Source: Octopus sinensis
Lineage: Eukaryota
Reading direction: 5' to 3'
Length of the DNA: 64,000 bases
NCBI RefSeq assembly: GCF_006345805.1
Contig: NC_043006.1
Location: 46,004,001 to 46,068,000 of the forward strand
A program made the position numbers and the translations under genes. Position 1 is the stretch's first letter; every line of letters starts with the position of its first letter. Below, piece by piece: positions 38,088 through 52,353 of this stretch. The notes under the pieces are model-generated. The model did not search any database. It had not been told where the DNA came from and saw only the letters and a list, made by a program, of their open reading frames with translations.

Positions 38088-38305
38088 GTGTGTGTGTGTG
38101 TGTATTTGTCCACCCCACCGTTGCTTTAGAACCGATGTTGGCGTACTTACGTTCCTGTAACTTAGCGATTAGGCAAAAGGAACTGATAGAATAAGTACTA
38201 GGCTTACAAAGATTAAGGCCTGTGGTCGATTTGCTCGACGATTAAAGGCGGTGGTCCAGCATGGCCGCAGTCAAATGGCTGAAACAAATACAAGAATAAA
38301 AGAAT
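37889..38305 (+). mobile_element. SINE family A
   Basis: Head, core, microsatellite, tail. Confidence 0.9.
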
Positions 38306-38715
38306 ACATAATTGTCAATTTAAAAATAAATTTTAAAATATATGATATTATATTCTTATAATAATATAATATCATATATTATAATATAATATAATTAATA
38401 ATAATAGATATCAAATACAAATTACATACTGATTCTCATCCATAATGAAATGATTAAAATTCATTTTTTGTGGGTAAGAACCTCCTCAGTGTAATTATAT
38501 ATATATATATATAAAATTTAATAAGGGTAGAAATTGATATTAATCGATTAAAACCAGTGGCTTAGCATATTAAAAGAATCCGAAGATTACATATATATAT
38601 CTTTGAGTGTGTATGTAGAGTGTAAATGTAAGTGAGAGAGTGTGTATGTGTGTGTGGTGTGTGTGTGTGGTGTGTGTGTGAATGTGTGTGTGTGAATGTG
38701 TATGTGTGTGTGTGT

Positions 38716-38764
<49 letters not shown>

Positions 38765-39063
38765 CGCGCGCGTGTGACTTCTAGCTTTTAGTGTAGGATT
38801 ATTCATAAATTTCATTGTATGACATTTCGGCGTATTGGATGATAATGGCAGATAACTTTAAATTAATATTTTGCTGTCAATTGTCTTTGTCTCCACAAGA
38901 TCACACAAGCATAGTCAGATCAGATACCAGTAACGATTCTGTTATAGTGATGTTGATTAAAACTTTTCACAAATTTTTTTCCAAATATGGCAGGCGTTTA
39001 TAAATGACACCTGTCATTTGTAAAATAGTAAGACAGAAGTAAGTATAAAAATCTATGTATTAA

Positions 39064-39480
39064 TAGGGGCAAGCATGGCTGTGTGGTAAGAAGCTTGCTT
39101 CTGAAACACATGGTTTCGTGTTCGGTCCAGTGCGTAGTACCTTGGGTAGGTGTCTACAACTATAGCCACGGGCCGGCCAAACTCTTGTGAGTGAATTTGG
39201 TAGACTGAAACTAAAAGAAACCAGTCGTATATATATATATATATATAGTGTGTGTGTGTGTGTGTACGTGTGCGTGTATGTGTGCCTGTGTTTGTCCACT
39301 GCCCCACCGCTTGACAACCGATGTTGGTGTGTTTACGTCCCGTATCATAGCGGTTCGGCAAAAGAGACCGATGGAATAAGTACCAGGCTTACAAAGAAAA
39401 AATCCTGGGATCGCTTTATTTCACTAGAGGTGGTGCTCCAGCATGGCCTCAGTCAAATAACTGTAACAAATAAAAGAATA
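39064..39480 (+). mobile_element. SINE family A
   Basis: Head, core, microsatellite, tail. Confidence 0.9.
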
Positions 39481-39689
39481 CAAGAATTTAGCAGAAAGAC
39501 AGAAAAATCAAAACAGCGAGAATTCATAGTAATACCTAATAGATGGATCGATAATTTTGTAACTTTATATGCCTGGGGTTCCGTCTTCCTTCGTTCAGCG
39601 GTGAATTTTTGGTCTCTTGTCTGGACTGAGCTCTTAAAAGTGTCTGTATCTATCGTATGCGTTCATTTTTACATATTCTTACTAATCAT

Positions 39690-39746
<57 letters not shown>

Positions 39747-40919
39747 CAGACAGTTTACTTTCTGGTTATAGGAAGGATATCGTTTAATATACACAGAATG
39801 TAAAAAAAAGAGCCACAAAAAATTTCATGCAGTAGAGATACAATAATTTGTCAGGTTTATGTAACATGCAATGTGTCTCGAAGCATTCTTTCAGAATCTG
39901 TGATACCGTTAATTCTATTTCAAAATCAGGACGTTGGTCTGTGGAAAAACATAAAAAAATAATATACAGATTGAGGCAAAAGGTAGAAATAGGAGAAACG
40001 AACAAAAATATAACGATGCAATGCGCTCTGTTTGTCTATAGAAATCATAATTAATCTAGCTGTTGTAGAATAATATAACAGAAAGGAGGCCTAAGTATGT
40101 GAGACATCTACTCAATCCGGAGACGTTGGTGTTGTCCAGTTCGACAAAAGAAAACTGTATATGTAAGAGCATTTGCTAAAAACTTCAGATCTGGAATTAA
40201 GTGGTGTGGTGGGATTCTTGGATCTCGAAAGAATGTGAGACCTTTCAAGCTACATATTACTTGTATATCTTTGATTCGTTTATATAGGGCAAATTTTCCT
40301 CCGCAGTTTTTCACCTGAAGGTCTAATGGTTGTCTCTTTGAGAAGTATAACAATCTAATACAGTAATTTTTAAGTTTGAACAAAAGATCGGATTTCATGA
40401 ATAATTGCAAATCTTCTGTTGATATTCATTAAGAAATATCCAAACATTAATTAGCCAAAATTTGCTTCCCGCGAAGTGAATTTGTCATAGTATGAAAGAT
40501 TGTTACATGTTGAAAAACTATTTGTCATTTATCAAAACTAAATCTGCATTAGGAATAATTACATTCTTTGCTTTAGCAAAGCACGTACATTGCAGAGGAA
40601 TAGAGGAATGTGTGTGTGTGTGTGTGTGTGGTGTGTGTGTGCGTGTGTTTTTATCTGTGTGTGTTTGTTTGTGTGTGTGTGTGCGTGCGTGTGTGTGTGT
40701 GTATGTGTGTGTATGAGTGTGATTCATGGCACAAAAACTGAATAGCCGAGTCTGTGATGAATTTTGCAATTGCTTTTGGTAACCAATCATATCTCGATGA
40801 CTAATATTTTCATTTTCATATTTATTCTACAGGCCCCTTTCACATATTGCCCCTAGTTTTTGTTATACATACATATACACATACACATAGTCACACATAC
40901 ATACACATACACACGCACG

Positions 40920-40951
<32 letters not shown>

Positions 40952-40983
40952 CATATACATATACATATACATATGAAATTATT

Positions 40984-41031
<48 letters not shown>

Positions 41032-41033
41032 AT

Positions 41034-41068
<35 letters not shown>

Positions 41069-42059
41069 AGAACAAAGATATTTTATTCCCCACCAGTAGG
41101 AATATAGGTAAAATTGGAGTTGGAAATGCATTGAGAATAGTTTTAAACTATTAAAATAAAATATGTTATATTGCTTTATGTAAAAATCTAACCGGTTTCA
41201 CAGTTTACACTGATTTTCAAAACTTTTTAATAGAAAGACGTCGCTTATGTTGCAGCTGTTTTGCGTCTGACTAGTGTTTGAAGCTTGCTCTTTTTTATAG
41301 TGATTTCATGCCTCAAATTAGTATACGTTTTGAATAGGGCTTGATTGGTAGACTAGTCTTAGAATTTTTTGTTAGTTCCCTGCTACATCTGTGTATTAGT
41401 ATCAAGTGACAATGCTTAGCTTCGTTAAGTTAGCATTAACACGGTTGACTGAACAAGTCTAATGGCAGTACTAAACATGTTTTCTGTTAAGTGTTTGTAG
41501 AGAATGAACACGTGATTAAGTTTCGAACCTTCTGTACGTTTCCCGCTACGTCTATTTGTTAGTGTAACGTGGCAGCATATTTGCGCCTAAAATGAAGGCG
41601 ATCGTGACAAAAGTTGCTCCGACTTACGCCAATCTAGTCATGACTTACATGAAGATCCAGTGGGCTGTAAACTTAATCACGTGTTCATTATCTACAAACA
41701 CTTGACAAAAAACATTCAGAGCATTGATTGTCTAAGTACTACCACTAGACTTGTTCAACCAATCGTGTCAGCCTTAACTTGCGACGCTAAACATTGTCAC
41801 TCATACAAACACACGGACGTAGCAGTGAACCTACAAACATTTCTAAGACCGGTCATGTGACTATCCTCTGCTAATCAATACATATTCAAAACATATACTA
41901 ATTTGAGTCATGAACTCCCTATGAAAACGGGGCAAGCTTCAAAAACTAGTCAGAAGCAAAACAGCTGCGACTTATGCCACGTCTTTCTACTTCAAAATTT
42001 TGAAAATCAGTGTAAACTGTGAAACCGGTTAGATCTTTACATATAGCAATAAAGCATAT

Positions 42060-42270
42060 TTTATTTTGATAGTTTAAAGCAGTTTCAACTCCTATTTTAC
42101 CTATAATCCTACACGCGTGAGCAGCACCAACATTCTTAATATGTTTTTCTAATTCCTTGGAAACTGCTGCTAGTGCTCCAATTACACCGGTATCACCATT
42201 ACTTTCCTCATGCCCCACAACTTTTCTATCTCGTCCCGCAATGGCTGGTATTTCTCAATCTCGTGATTTG
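42060..42270 (-). mobile_element. Older RLE retrotransposon 3' fragment (distinct subfamily)
   Basis: EIEKYQPLRDEIEKLWGMRKVMVIP/(shift)VIGALAAVSKELEKHIKNVG, typical RLE C-terminus; (ATT)n at its 5' side. Confidence 0.7.
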
Positions 42271-42289
42271 TATTATTATTATTATTATT

Positions 42290-44335
42290 CAGTAGTTTTA
42301 TTTTTATTTTTATAGCGTGCTTTCACTTCACTACCGAGCGCAGCTCTGTGTGCCTTGGGTATGTGCTGTGATTTGTTGTGATGCTCTGATGGTTATTGTA
42401 TGGAAAGTGTTCTGCGTAGGATGTGTACAGTGCCTAGTAGTGCAATTTTCTGTATGTTATATGTGTTTGTAAGTCCTGGTGTTTTTGTTATGTATTTGTC
42501 TGAATATTTTTTTATCATGCCTAATGCACCTACTATGATAGAAATTGTTTCTGTTTTCAGATTCCACATTCTAGTTACCTCTATTTCCAGGTCTTTGTAT
42601 TTTGAGAGTTTCTCCATTTCTTTTAGAGACACGTTGTCATCTGCCGGTACTGATACATCAATTAGAAAGCATTTTTTTTCTTCATGGTCTCTGACAACTA
42701 TATCTGGTCTGTTGGCCTTAGTTTCTCTATCTGTGTGTATCGGCATATCCCAGAGTATGGTTGCTTTCTCGTTTTCTGTGACCTTTTCTGGTGTGTGCCT
42801 ATACCATCTTTTTTCTGTTGTTATTCCATAATGTTGGCATAGCTTCCAATGTATGTAAGTTCCAACTCTGTCTGTCTGTGAAATATTCCTTCTTAGCCAG
42901 GACTGGGCAGCTAGAGATAATATGATTTATTGTTCTTGTCCATCTCCACATATTCTGCAGTTACTTGTAATATTTCTTTTCATTACATGTTTTTGGTAAT
43001 TTCGGTGGGGAGGCTTTGGTCTTGTGCTGCAATTAAAAATCCCTCTGTTTCTGCTTTGAGTCCTGAGCTTCTCAACCATTGCTGGGATTTTTCTTTATCT
43101 ATTTTTTTGCGTTTAGTTTAGTCCAGTATTTACCATGAAGGGGCTTTTCTTGCCATCGTTTTATCATGGTTCGTTGCTGTTCTATTTTAGTTTGGATTTC
43201 ATTTTTTTATAGCTTTTGTTGTTGCTTCATCTTCTTCTTCTTCTTCTTTTCATGTTTATTAGGTGGTATGATTTCTTGTTTGTATTTGTCAGCTTCCTTA
43301 AATACTGAGAACAGTTTTTTGTTTTGCTCGTGTTTTGCCGCTATCTGGATCAGTTTTCCTTCCTTCTGAAGTAGATATTTTTGCAGTCCTATGGTGGTTA
43401 TTTTATAGTAGTTTTCCAGCTGTATAAGGCCTCTACCACCTTCTATACGTTGTATATATAGTCTTTCTATGTCAGTTTGGGTGATGCATCCTAGATCCTG
43501 TCATTATTTTTCTTGTTTTCCTGTCTATTTTGGTCAGTTCATTTCGTGTCCAGTTAAGGATATTGTAGCTGTAACTTATAACTGGGACAGCTAAAGTGTT
43601 GATACCTATTATCTTGTTTTTAGCATTGAGCTCTGTGTTTAGTATTGATCTAACTCGTCTATAATATTCTTTTTTATTTTCTCTTTCATTTGTGTGTGTT
43701 GTGTCTTATCTAGTTCATGGATTCCTAAGTATTTGTAAGTTGGCTTTGGTCTAATTCTTTTATTTCATTGTTTCTTCATCTAGTGTGATGTTGTTACTCT
43801 ACTAGTTTCCTCTTTTCATGGTTACTTTGGCGCTTTTTTCTAATCCAAATTTCATATCTATTTCTTTGGTAAATCCATGAACTGTCTTTAATAGTGTTTC
43901 CAGCTGTTTGTCATTTGCAGCGTATAGTTTTAGGTCATCCATATAAAAAGGTGGCTGATCGTTTGCCGTAACATTTATATCCGCATCCAGTTCTATTTAG
44001 CATATCAGATAGAGGTGACAGTGCCAAGCAGAAAAGGAGTGGAGAGAGCGTATCTCCCTGGAATATTCCTCTTCTAATGGGATTGTCTTTGGTTTTCATG
44101 AGTCCCTCTTTTGTTTGGAGGTGTAGGAACTGTTTGCCATTTATTCATAGAGTGCTCTATGAATTTTATGATTGTTGGTGCTACTTTGTTAATGGCTAGT
44201 GTTTCGAGGATCCATGTGTGGGGGATGCTATCAAACGCCTTTTTGTAGTCAATCCAGGCCATACTGAGGCCTTTCTTCTTTCTGTGGCTGTCTTCAGTTA
44301 TGGCTTTATTAATCATTAGTTGATCTTTACAGCCA
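42290..44335 (-). mobile_element. 5'-truncated R4/Dong-like retrotransposon (RT, CCHC finger, RLE), frameshifted
   Basis: GCKDQLMINKAI, AWIDYKKAFDSIPH, GIFQGD, YMDDLKLYA, CRICGDG..HIISSC, NRPDIVV..LIDVSVP..EKLSKY; TAA arrays on both sides. Confidence 0.93.
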
Positions 44336-44343
44336 TAATAATA

Positions 44344-44420
<77 letters not shown>

Positions 44421-44467
44421 GTTATTGTTATTATTATTCTACTATTATTATTATATTATTATTATTA

Positions 44468-44514
<47 letters not shown>

Positions 44515-44518
44515 TATT

Positions 44519-44740
44519 CAGTTAGTTTTATTTTTATAGCGTGCTTTCACTTCACTACCGAGCGCAGCTCTGTGTGCCTTGGGTATGTGCTGTGATTTGT
44601 TGTGATGTGATGGTCTGATGGTTATTGTATGGAAAGTGTTCTGCGTAGGATGTGTGCAGTGCCTAGTAGTGCAATTTTCTGTATCTTATATGTTTGTAAG
44701 TCCTGGTGTTTTTGTTATGTATTTGTCTGAATATTTTTTT
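44519..44740 (-). mobile_element. Short R4/Dong-like 3' fragment
   Basis: Same sequence and extent as 4090-4304; ATT arrays on both sides. Confidence 0.9.
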
Positions 44741-44766
44741 ATATTATTATTATTATTATTATTATA

Positions 44767-44803
<37 letters not shown>

Positions 44804-44857
44804 ATTATTGTTATTATTATTATTTTGTTGTTGGTTATTATATTATTATTATTATCA

Positions 44858-44892
<35 letters not shown>

Positions 44893-45228
44893 TATTATTA
44901 TTATTATTATTATATATATGATTGAGGTAACTCCTCCAGAAGATATAGAAGCAAAGGAAGAGTGCCATTGTCACCAAGTGAACGAAATTCGACATCTCGT
45001 GTGTCTTCCACAGGTTCAAAAAATAAACGTATCAATCTACTTCATTGTGTTTAATATTAATAGGATTCTATATCTTTTGGAGGAGTTACCTCAATCCTAT
45101 AGTATTAACCAAAATGAAGTAGATAGGCACGTGTATTTTTTTAACCGTGTGAAGACACACGAGATGTCGAAATATCGTTCACTTGATGACAATGGCATTC
45201 TTCTTTTTTTGATATTATTATTATTATT

Positions 45229-46045
45229 CTATGTTTGACTTTGCTTTATATTTGTACAAGTGGCTCCAAGTCTCACCCAGAGACCTCAAGAGACAACAGG
45301 GTTGGAAGTTCATGTTTGTTGTGTTATGCCTAGTGTGCCATATATTTGGGCGGTGAGGATGTTGTACTAATGAATGTCTAAAAAAAAAAAAAAAAGTTTT
45401 TTTTTTTTTTTTTTTAAACCGAAAATTATGGTTGTTTTAAACGTTGAGGTTACATAGAGAGTATTTTGCGTAGGATATGAGCAGTTCCCATGAGCACTAT
45501 CTTTTGAACTTCTGCCATTTTTGGTTTCCTGGTATCTGAGTTAGGTAGCTATCAGCCCTTTTGCTATCATTCCCAGGGCACCTATGACAACAGGTATTGT
45601 TTTAGTCTTCAGCTTCCACATTTTGCTGATTTCTATTTCAAGATCTTTATATTGCTCAGTTTTGGTAGGTCCTGACAGATACGTTTATATCGATTGGGAC
45701 AGTCATATCAATGAGGAGGCATGTTCTTTGTTTGAAGTCTTTCAATATGATGTCTGGCCTATTTGCATCTATCTTCCTGTCAGTTTGAATGGTGAAGTTC
45801 CAGAGGAGTGAGATGTGGTCATTTTCAAGCACTGGGGGGGTTTGTGTTCCCACCAGTTTTTTTCATGGGGCAAATCCAGGTTTTACAGATTACCCAGTGA
45901 ATATATTGTGCAGCTCTATCGTGCCTGTTGAGATACTCTGTAGGCGCTAGAAGACTGCACTTGGAGACCACATGGTCAATGGTTTCATTTGTTGCTTGCA
46001 TACACGACACGTTCGACTGCTTCTGATCTTTAATATGTTGGCCTG

Positions 46046-46048
<3 letters not shown>
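45229..46048 (-). mobile_element. 5'-truncated RLE retrotransposon, another subfamily
   Basis: CRVCKQ..ETIDHVVSKC, RHDRAAQYIHW, NRPDIILKD..LLIDMTVP; different 3'UTR; ATT arrays on both sides. Confidence 0.88.
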
Positions 46049-46099
<51 letters not shown>

Positions 46100-46343
46100 T
46101 ATTATTATTATTATTATTCATTATTATTATTGTTATTATTATTATTATTATCATTATTATTATTATTATTATTATCATCATCATCATCATCATTATTATT
46201 ATTTCAAAACAGTTTGATTTGACCCCATGCGAGGTCGTAGGTTCTTAGGGAAACCTAGCAAGTCTGGTTCGAAGTCGAACGAGATGATGCATATGTATGT
46301 GTTATGTTCGTGTGTGTATGTATATATTATATATATATTATAT

Positions 46344-46403
<60 letters not shown>

Positions 46404-46556
46404 GACACACACACACGTGTATATGATTGTATATATTTGTGCACGTTTCTGTATGTAATCTTATCTATGTACATATACAGAACCAGATAGACAGACAGGA
46501 AGTCAGACAGACAGGAAGACGGACAGACAAACAGTAAGTCTGATAGTTAAACCGAC

Positions 46557-46631
<75 letters not shown>

Positions 46632-47339
46632 CAGATAGACCGACATACTCGCTTTACTAAATAAATAACTGAAGCCCGTTCCATAATTGAAAATTGACCT
46701 GAGAATGAACTAGTATCGGCCATAGTCAGTTGCTTTTGATTCTGACTGAGATCATCAGCTAGTGGATTATTTATCACACAAGAACTGTTGTCGTTTGAGG
46801 AATGAGGCAGCAAAAAAAAAATAAGAAAGAAAAAGAAAAATATTGACAATTTGAAAAATGGTCGTAAATTTACTGTCCGCCATTTTGCGTCGATAAGTTT
46901 TTTTCTGCATGTCGTTTCTTGACGGACTATCGAGAATGAGGTATGAGGTTTGAGGTAAAATGTTGAGAGTGATTAATGTATCAGTTCATCTTCCTAAATA
47001 TAATAGACACCATAGCTTACTTCCACTCTGTATAAACGTTTCTCTCTATTTATACATATTACCTCTCACTTTCCTTTGCTTTCACACATTCTCTGCTTTC
47101 TATTTACTTTCATTCTGTTATTCTGTTATATTATCCTCTGTCTCACTTTCCTACTTTCTGACGCACTTCGCCTTTATAACCCTGTCTCTCCACATCACAC
47201 TCCGTTTCTTTTGTTTCCTTCTTTCTTTCTCTTTATTTATTTATTTATTTATTTATCCATTCATTCATTCATTAATTTATTCTTTCTGACTGTCTGTCTT
47301 TCTGCCTTTCTTTACACAATGCCGAACAACCTCTCCCGT

Positions 47340-48253
47340 TATTTACTACATTTCTCACTATTTATACATAAAAATGCATCCGTAAATATATGTACGTTTG
47401 TATATATATAATAATATATATATATATATCTGAGTGTATGTGTGTGTGTGTGTGTGAGTGTGCGTGTTAGTATGTGCGTTGCTATGTAGAAGTAAATATA
47501 CATTTGTGGACATATATTTAAACACACACAGGCACACACGCACACATGCGCACGCACACATATGTGTGAATGGCAGGTAACATAAATATATAATATATGT
47601 ATATATATATATATATATATACAATATATATATGATAAATGATATATATATATATATGTATGTATATATGTATATATATATAGATGTATATATATATATA
47701 TATATATACATATGATACATATATGTATGTAATATATATAGAATATGTTTATATATCTTAAGTTATGCATATATATATTCTGTATATATCGTTATATATT
47801 TTATATATATATATATGTGTGTGTGTGTCCATGTAAGTGGGAGTGTGTGCGTGTATGTATGTGCGCGTGAGTGTGTGTCTGTGTGTGCATATAATAAGCG
47901 CTTTCTCTTGTTTTATTCAACATACCTGTTCATTAATCGATCTCCTTCTTCGTAGTTCTTTGTCGCCCTCTCTCTCCCACCCCCATTTCTCTTGCTCCCC
48001 CTCCCCCTCTCTCACTCTCTACCTTCGTAACATTTCGCTTTGATAGGTCTTTTTCTTCATTTGTTGCTCACAAAAGCGCGGTCTCGCACGCACCTACACA
48101 TACATGCAGAATCTGGTAAACACACACACTTACATATATACAGACTTACATACACAATCACATATACATATATAGAGAGAAGGAAAGAAACAAAAGAAAG
48201 GGAGAAACAACGACAGAATGAAATATAGAGGTACATATATATACATGTATGTA

Positions 48254-48303
<50 letters not shown>

Positions 48304-48568
48304 CGCGTATGTGTGTATACATATATATATACACATATATATACATGTATATATATATATACATACATACGTATATCTATAAATATATATATATATGCAT
48401 ACGTATACATATATAAATATATACATATATGTATATATACACACATATACATATATATACACGTATTTATACGTATATATCTATACATATAAATACATAT
48501 ATACTTGCATATATACGTATGTATGTATGTATGTATGTATGTATGTATATGTATGTAGTATTATATAT

Positions 48569-48602
<34 letters not shown>

Positions 48603-48900
48603 TTGCATTTGTATGCATTCAAGTTCACGCTTCCTCGCCATTCATACAATATTTGCTATACATACTCACACACATATGGGTACATGCATAAGCACAAACG
48701 CATATCAGTCCCACCCAACGCACAGCTACGTACCACCTTCGTGCGCGCTCTGATATTGACACACCCTCTCTCTTTCATACACACACACACACATACACAC
48801 ACCTCACATTCACACACACACACACTTCCTCACACACGTACACATTCGCATATATATATACGCGCACACACACTCATGCACGTACGCACGTAGCCACACA
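47340..48900. repeat. Compound (TA)/(CA)/(TATG) microsatellite field
   Basis: Direct reading. Confidence 0.9.
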
Positions 48901-49639
48901 GAGTTTCGTGTCTGTCAGTTCTACACTCTTAATTTATTGTTTATGGAGTATCAAGTCATTTCCAATTGACAAACTCTACTGGGCAAAGAAAGAAGGAGAG
49001 GAAGAAGGCGATGGATGAATAGATGGACGAGGAAGGGCGAAGAAGAGAGGAGGCGGAGCAGACAAAAGCTTAGAGTTTGATAAAGGTTGGCTGGTGTTAG
49101 GTAGAGACTGGAGCTAAGATTGTACGCGAATAACACACTGAGAGAGAGAGAGGGAGAGAAGCGAGAGATGGAGAGGAAGAAAAAGGAGGGAGGTATGAGA
49201 TATTGGCGTAGGATTTCTATGCATGGCGAATGTTAAGAAGAGCTGAAAAAATAAACCATTGTAGAGCATTTTTTTTAGATTTAAGAGAAGCAAAAAAAAT
49301 TATTTATATTTATTTTATTTAGAATTTTTTCTGATATTATTCTCCTGGGTTTGCTACAGGAACACGAAGCGAACGCGTTATAGCTGCGGTTCTCAACCGG
49401 AGTCCAGAAGACCGTGAGTTGATCGATATAGTATTTTAGGAGTCCACGCAAGCAAAATAGTTAATTGGGGATCCAATGGTATATTAAGAGTCCATGAACT
49501 CTTAACAGTATATTAAGAGTCTAATAGTATATTAAGAGTCCATTGATTTAGATGTATTTATTGCAAGGATCTGCTAGATTTCTTTTTCGAACGTCTTACG
49601 AATGTGTGAATAACAAAATAGACACTTTGAAAGGAACTC

Positions 49640-49907
49640 CTGTAAAACTAGTTACCCTCCCAGTCACAAGTCCGGGCAACCGACTTCCCCTCTCCACGCC
49701 ACCAGTGTTATCCAAGGGAAAGGCAAAAGCCGATACAGCTTGGCACTTGTGATGTCGCAACTCATCTCCACAGCTGAGTGAACTGGAGCAACGTGAAATA
49801 AAGTGTCTTGCTCAAGAACACAACACGCAGCCCGGTCCGGGATTCGATCCCACAACCTCACGATCGTAAGCTCGATGCTCTAACCATTGAACCATGAGCC
49901 TTCACTG
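49640..49907 (-). mobile_element. SINE family E
   Basis: Minus: TGGTTCAATGG A-box-like, GGGATCGAATCCC B-box-like, GTGTTCTTGAGCAAGACACTTTATTTCACGTTGCTCCAG core. Confidence 0.85.
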
Positions 49908-49954
49908 TGACAGACTAACCCTTTGAATTACATGTTTTTAAATACAGAATGTAT

Positions 49955-50088
49955 TTTGCCAGCTGAGTGGACTGAAGCTACGTGAAATAAAGTGTTTTGC
50001 TGAAGGACACAAGGTATCGGTCGCTATCGAACTCACGACCTTACGATCGTCATCCGAATACCCTAACCACTAAGCCACGCGCCTTCAC
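49955..50088 (-). mobile_element. SINE family E, 5' part
   Basis: TGGCTTAGTGG..GAGTTCGATAGC head plus core. Confidence 0.75.
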
Positions 50089-50198
50089 AGTAACACCAAT
50101 TACTGAGATAATCGACATAGTTGAGAATTACATTTTTTTCTTCTTGTGAATAGTAAAGTGAAATACTATCAAATATAGAACTGTTCCTAATAAGTATC

Positions 50199-50400
50199 GT
50201 GCTGGCAGAAACGTTAGCACCCCGGGCGAAATGCCTACCGGTATTTCGCCTGTCTTTACGTAGTGAGTTCAAATTTCGCCGAGGTCGACTTTGCCTTTCA
50301 TCCTTTCGGGGTCGATAACTTAAGTACCAGTTGTGTACTGGAGTCGATCTAATCGACTGGCCCCCTCCCCCAGAATTTCGCGCCTTGTGCCTAGAGTATA
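50199..50400 (+). mobile_element. SINE family B
   Basis: GCTGGCAGAAACGTTAGCAC head, central domain, tail. Confidence 0.9.
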
Positions 50401-50494
50401 AAAAAAAATGAGTGGAAGAATTACTAAATTACTACAATACTGGACATTATGTCTTGTGATATTTTGTTATGTCCCATTACATTCTGATTTTGAA

Positions 50495-50890
50495 CCCTAT
50501 TCCTTTTCTACTCTAGACACAAGGCCCTAAATTTTCGAGGAGGGTGCCAGTTGATTAGATCAACACCAGAACGCAACTGGTACTTTATTTATCGACCCTG
50601 AAAACAAACTCGACCTCAGCGGAATTTGAACGCAGAACGTAAAGACTGACGAAATACCTATTTCTTTATTACCCACAAAGGCTAAACACAGAGAGGACAA
50701 ACAAGGACAGAGAAAGGGATTAAGTCGATTACATCGACCCCAGTGCGTAAGTGGTACTTAATTTATCGACGCCGAAAGGATGAAAGGCAAAGTTGACCTC
50801 GGCGGAATTTGAACGCAGAACGTAAAGACTGACGAAATACCGCTAAGCATTCCACCCGGCGTGCTAACGTTTCTGCCAGCTTTCCCGCCT
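50495..50890 (-). mobile_element. SINE family B dimer
   Basis: Two central domains joined at AATAAAGAAATAGGTATTTCGTC (minus). Confidence 0.9.
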
Positions 50891-51194
50891 TTCATTTTGA
50901 ACCTTTTTTGCCGACGACTTAACTTTCTACTCTTCAGTGGCCGATAAAATAACTATCAATTTTATATGCTAGTTTGATCTGTTCGCCTGTGACTATGTAT
51001 CTGTCTAGATATCGTATTCTACGGTAGATAAGACTCATCTTTTGTCCAAAAAGAACTACTAGCATAACAAAAGGGGCATCCTGTATGTGAAATTGTTATC
51101 TCTCATAGGCTCAGGAATAATCCAGGCGGCTTCCAGTAAGCTGTTGGTGACCTCTACTCAGCAAAACTCATGAGTAAAAATTTTATTGTTTAAC

Positions 51195-51243
51195 TAGGCA
51201 GCAGCAGTAGCAGCAGAGCAGTAGCAGCAGCAGCAGTAGTATC

Positions 51244-51278
<35 letters not shown>

Positions 51279-51333
51279 CAGCAGCAGCAGTAGTAGTAGT
51301 AGTAGTAGCGGCAGCAGCAGTAGCAGCAGCAGC

Positions 51334-51368
<35 letters not shown>

Positions 51369-51408
51369 CGGCAGCAGCAGTAGTAGTAGTGGTAGTAGTA
51401 GTAGTAGT

Positions 51409-51461
<53 letters not shown>

Positions 51462-51540
51462 CGGCAGCAGCAGTAGTAGTAGTGGTAGTAGTAGTAGTTG
51501 TAGTAGTAGTGGCAGCAGCTGTAGCAGTAGCTATTTGTTG
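51195..51540. repeat. (AGT)n/(AGC)n array
   Basis: Direct reading. Confidence 0.95.
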
Positions 51541-51847
51541 TTGTCGCTGATTCAGTTTAGTTCTAGGCCAGGCCTCATTGAGCAGACCAATGACCAAAGG
51601 GATTCCAGCCTCGACCATTCCATCTTTATTCTTTACTGAGTACAGGAAACTCAAGTCCAAATTATCTCGTGTCGCTTTTTAAGAAAGTAGGGTGAATTTT
51701 CAGAGAGATTTTACTGCTCTTTTCAGCAGATCAAGTTACCACGCAGATACTGTCACAGCAACTCGATTGCTGTTGCTGCTGATGGTTTTGTTATTATTAT
51801 TATTATTATTGGCGTCGTTGTTGTTGCTGTTACATCGCCGTCGTCAT

Positions 51848-51890
<43 letters not shown>

Positions 51891-52172
51891 TCGTCGTCGT
51901 CGTCGTCGCCTTCATCGTCGTCATCGTTATTTACTCTTGTTATTGAGCATACTTAGTCAACCGTGTGCTTTAAACAAACCTAAAGCACGTAGATACACTA
52001 CGAAACCCCCTAAGGATTTTAATCCACATGCCGATGGTACAGAATATGATAGAACGGAAGAATGAATACCGCACTGTCGTTGGGGAGATTGTTGCACGCT
52101 CCATCATATTTTATGTAAAGGCGGTAGTATGTGTGCATGTGTGTATGCGCGTGCGTCTGAGTGTGATAGTGA

Positions 52173-52248
<76 letters not shown>

Positions 52249-52353
52249 CACATTGCGGTGAATAAACTGTCGTCTAAATTACGCAAAAATGAAAATAACA
52301 CAGACATCTCATTATTTTACAGACATATTTACCAAAATTACATAAAAATATCT

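Noticed and set aside
39784-40410. Non-repetitive minus-strand ORFs with a possible acceptor TTTTCCACAG
   Set aside because: No recognisable protein family; exon cannot be supported
49383-49560. CTGCGGTTCTCAACC hAT-like terminus plus three GTATATTAAGAGTC repeats
   Set aside because: No matching second terminus or TSD found
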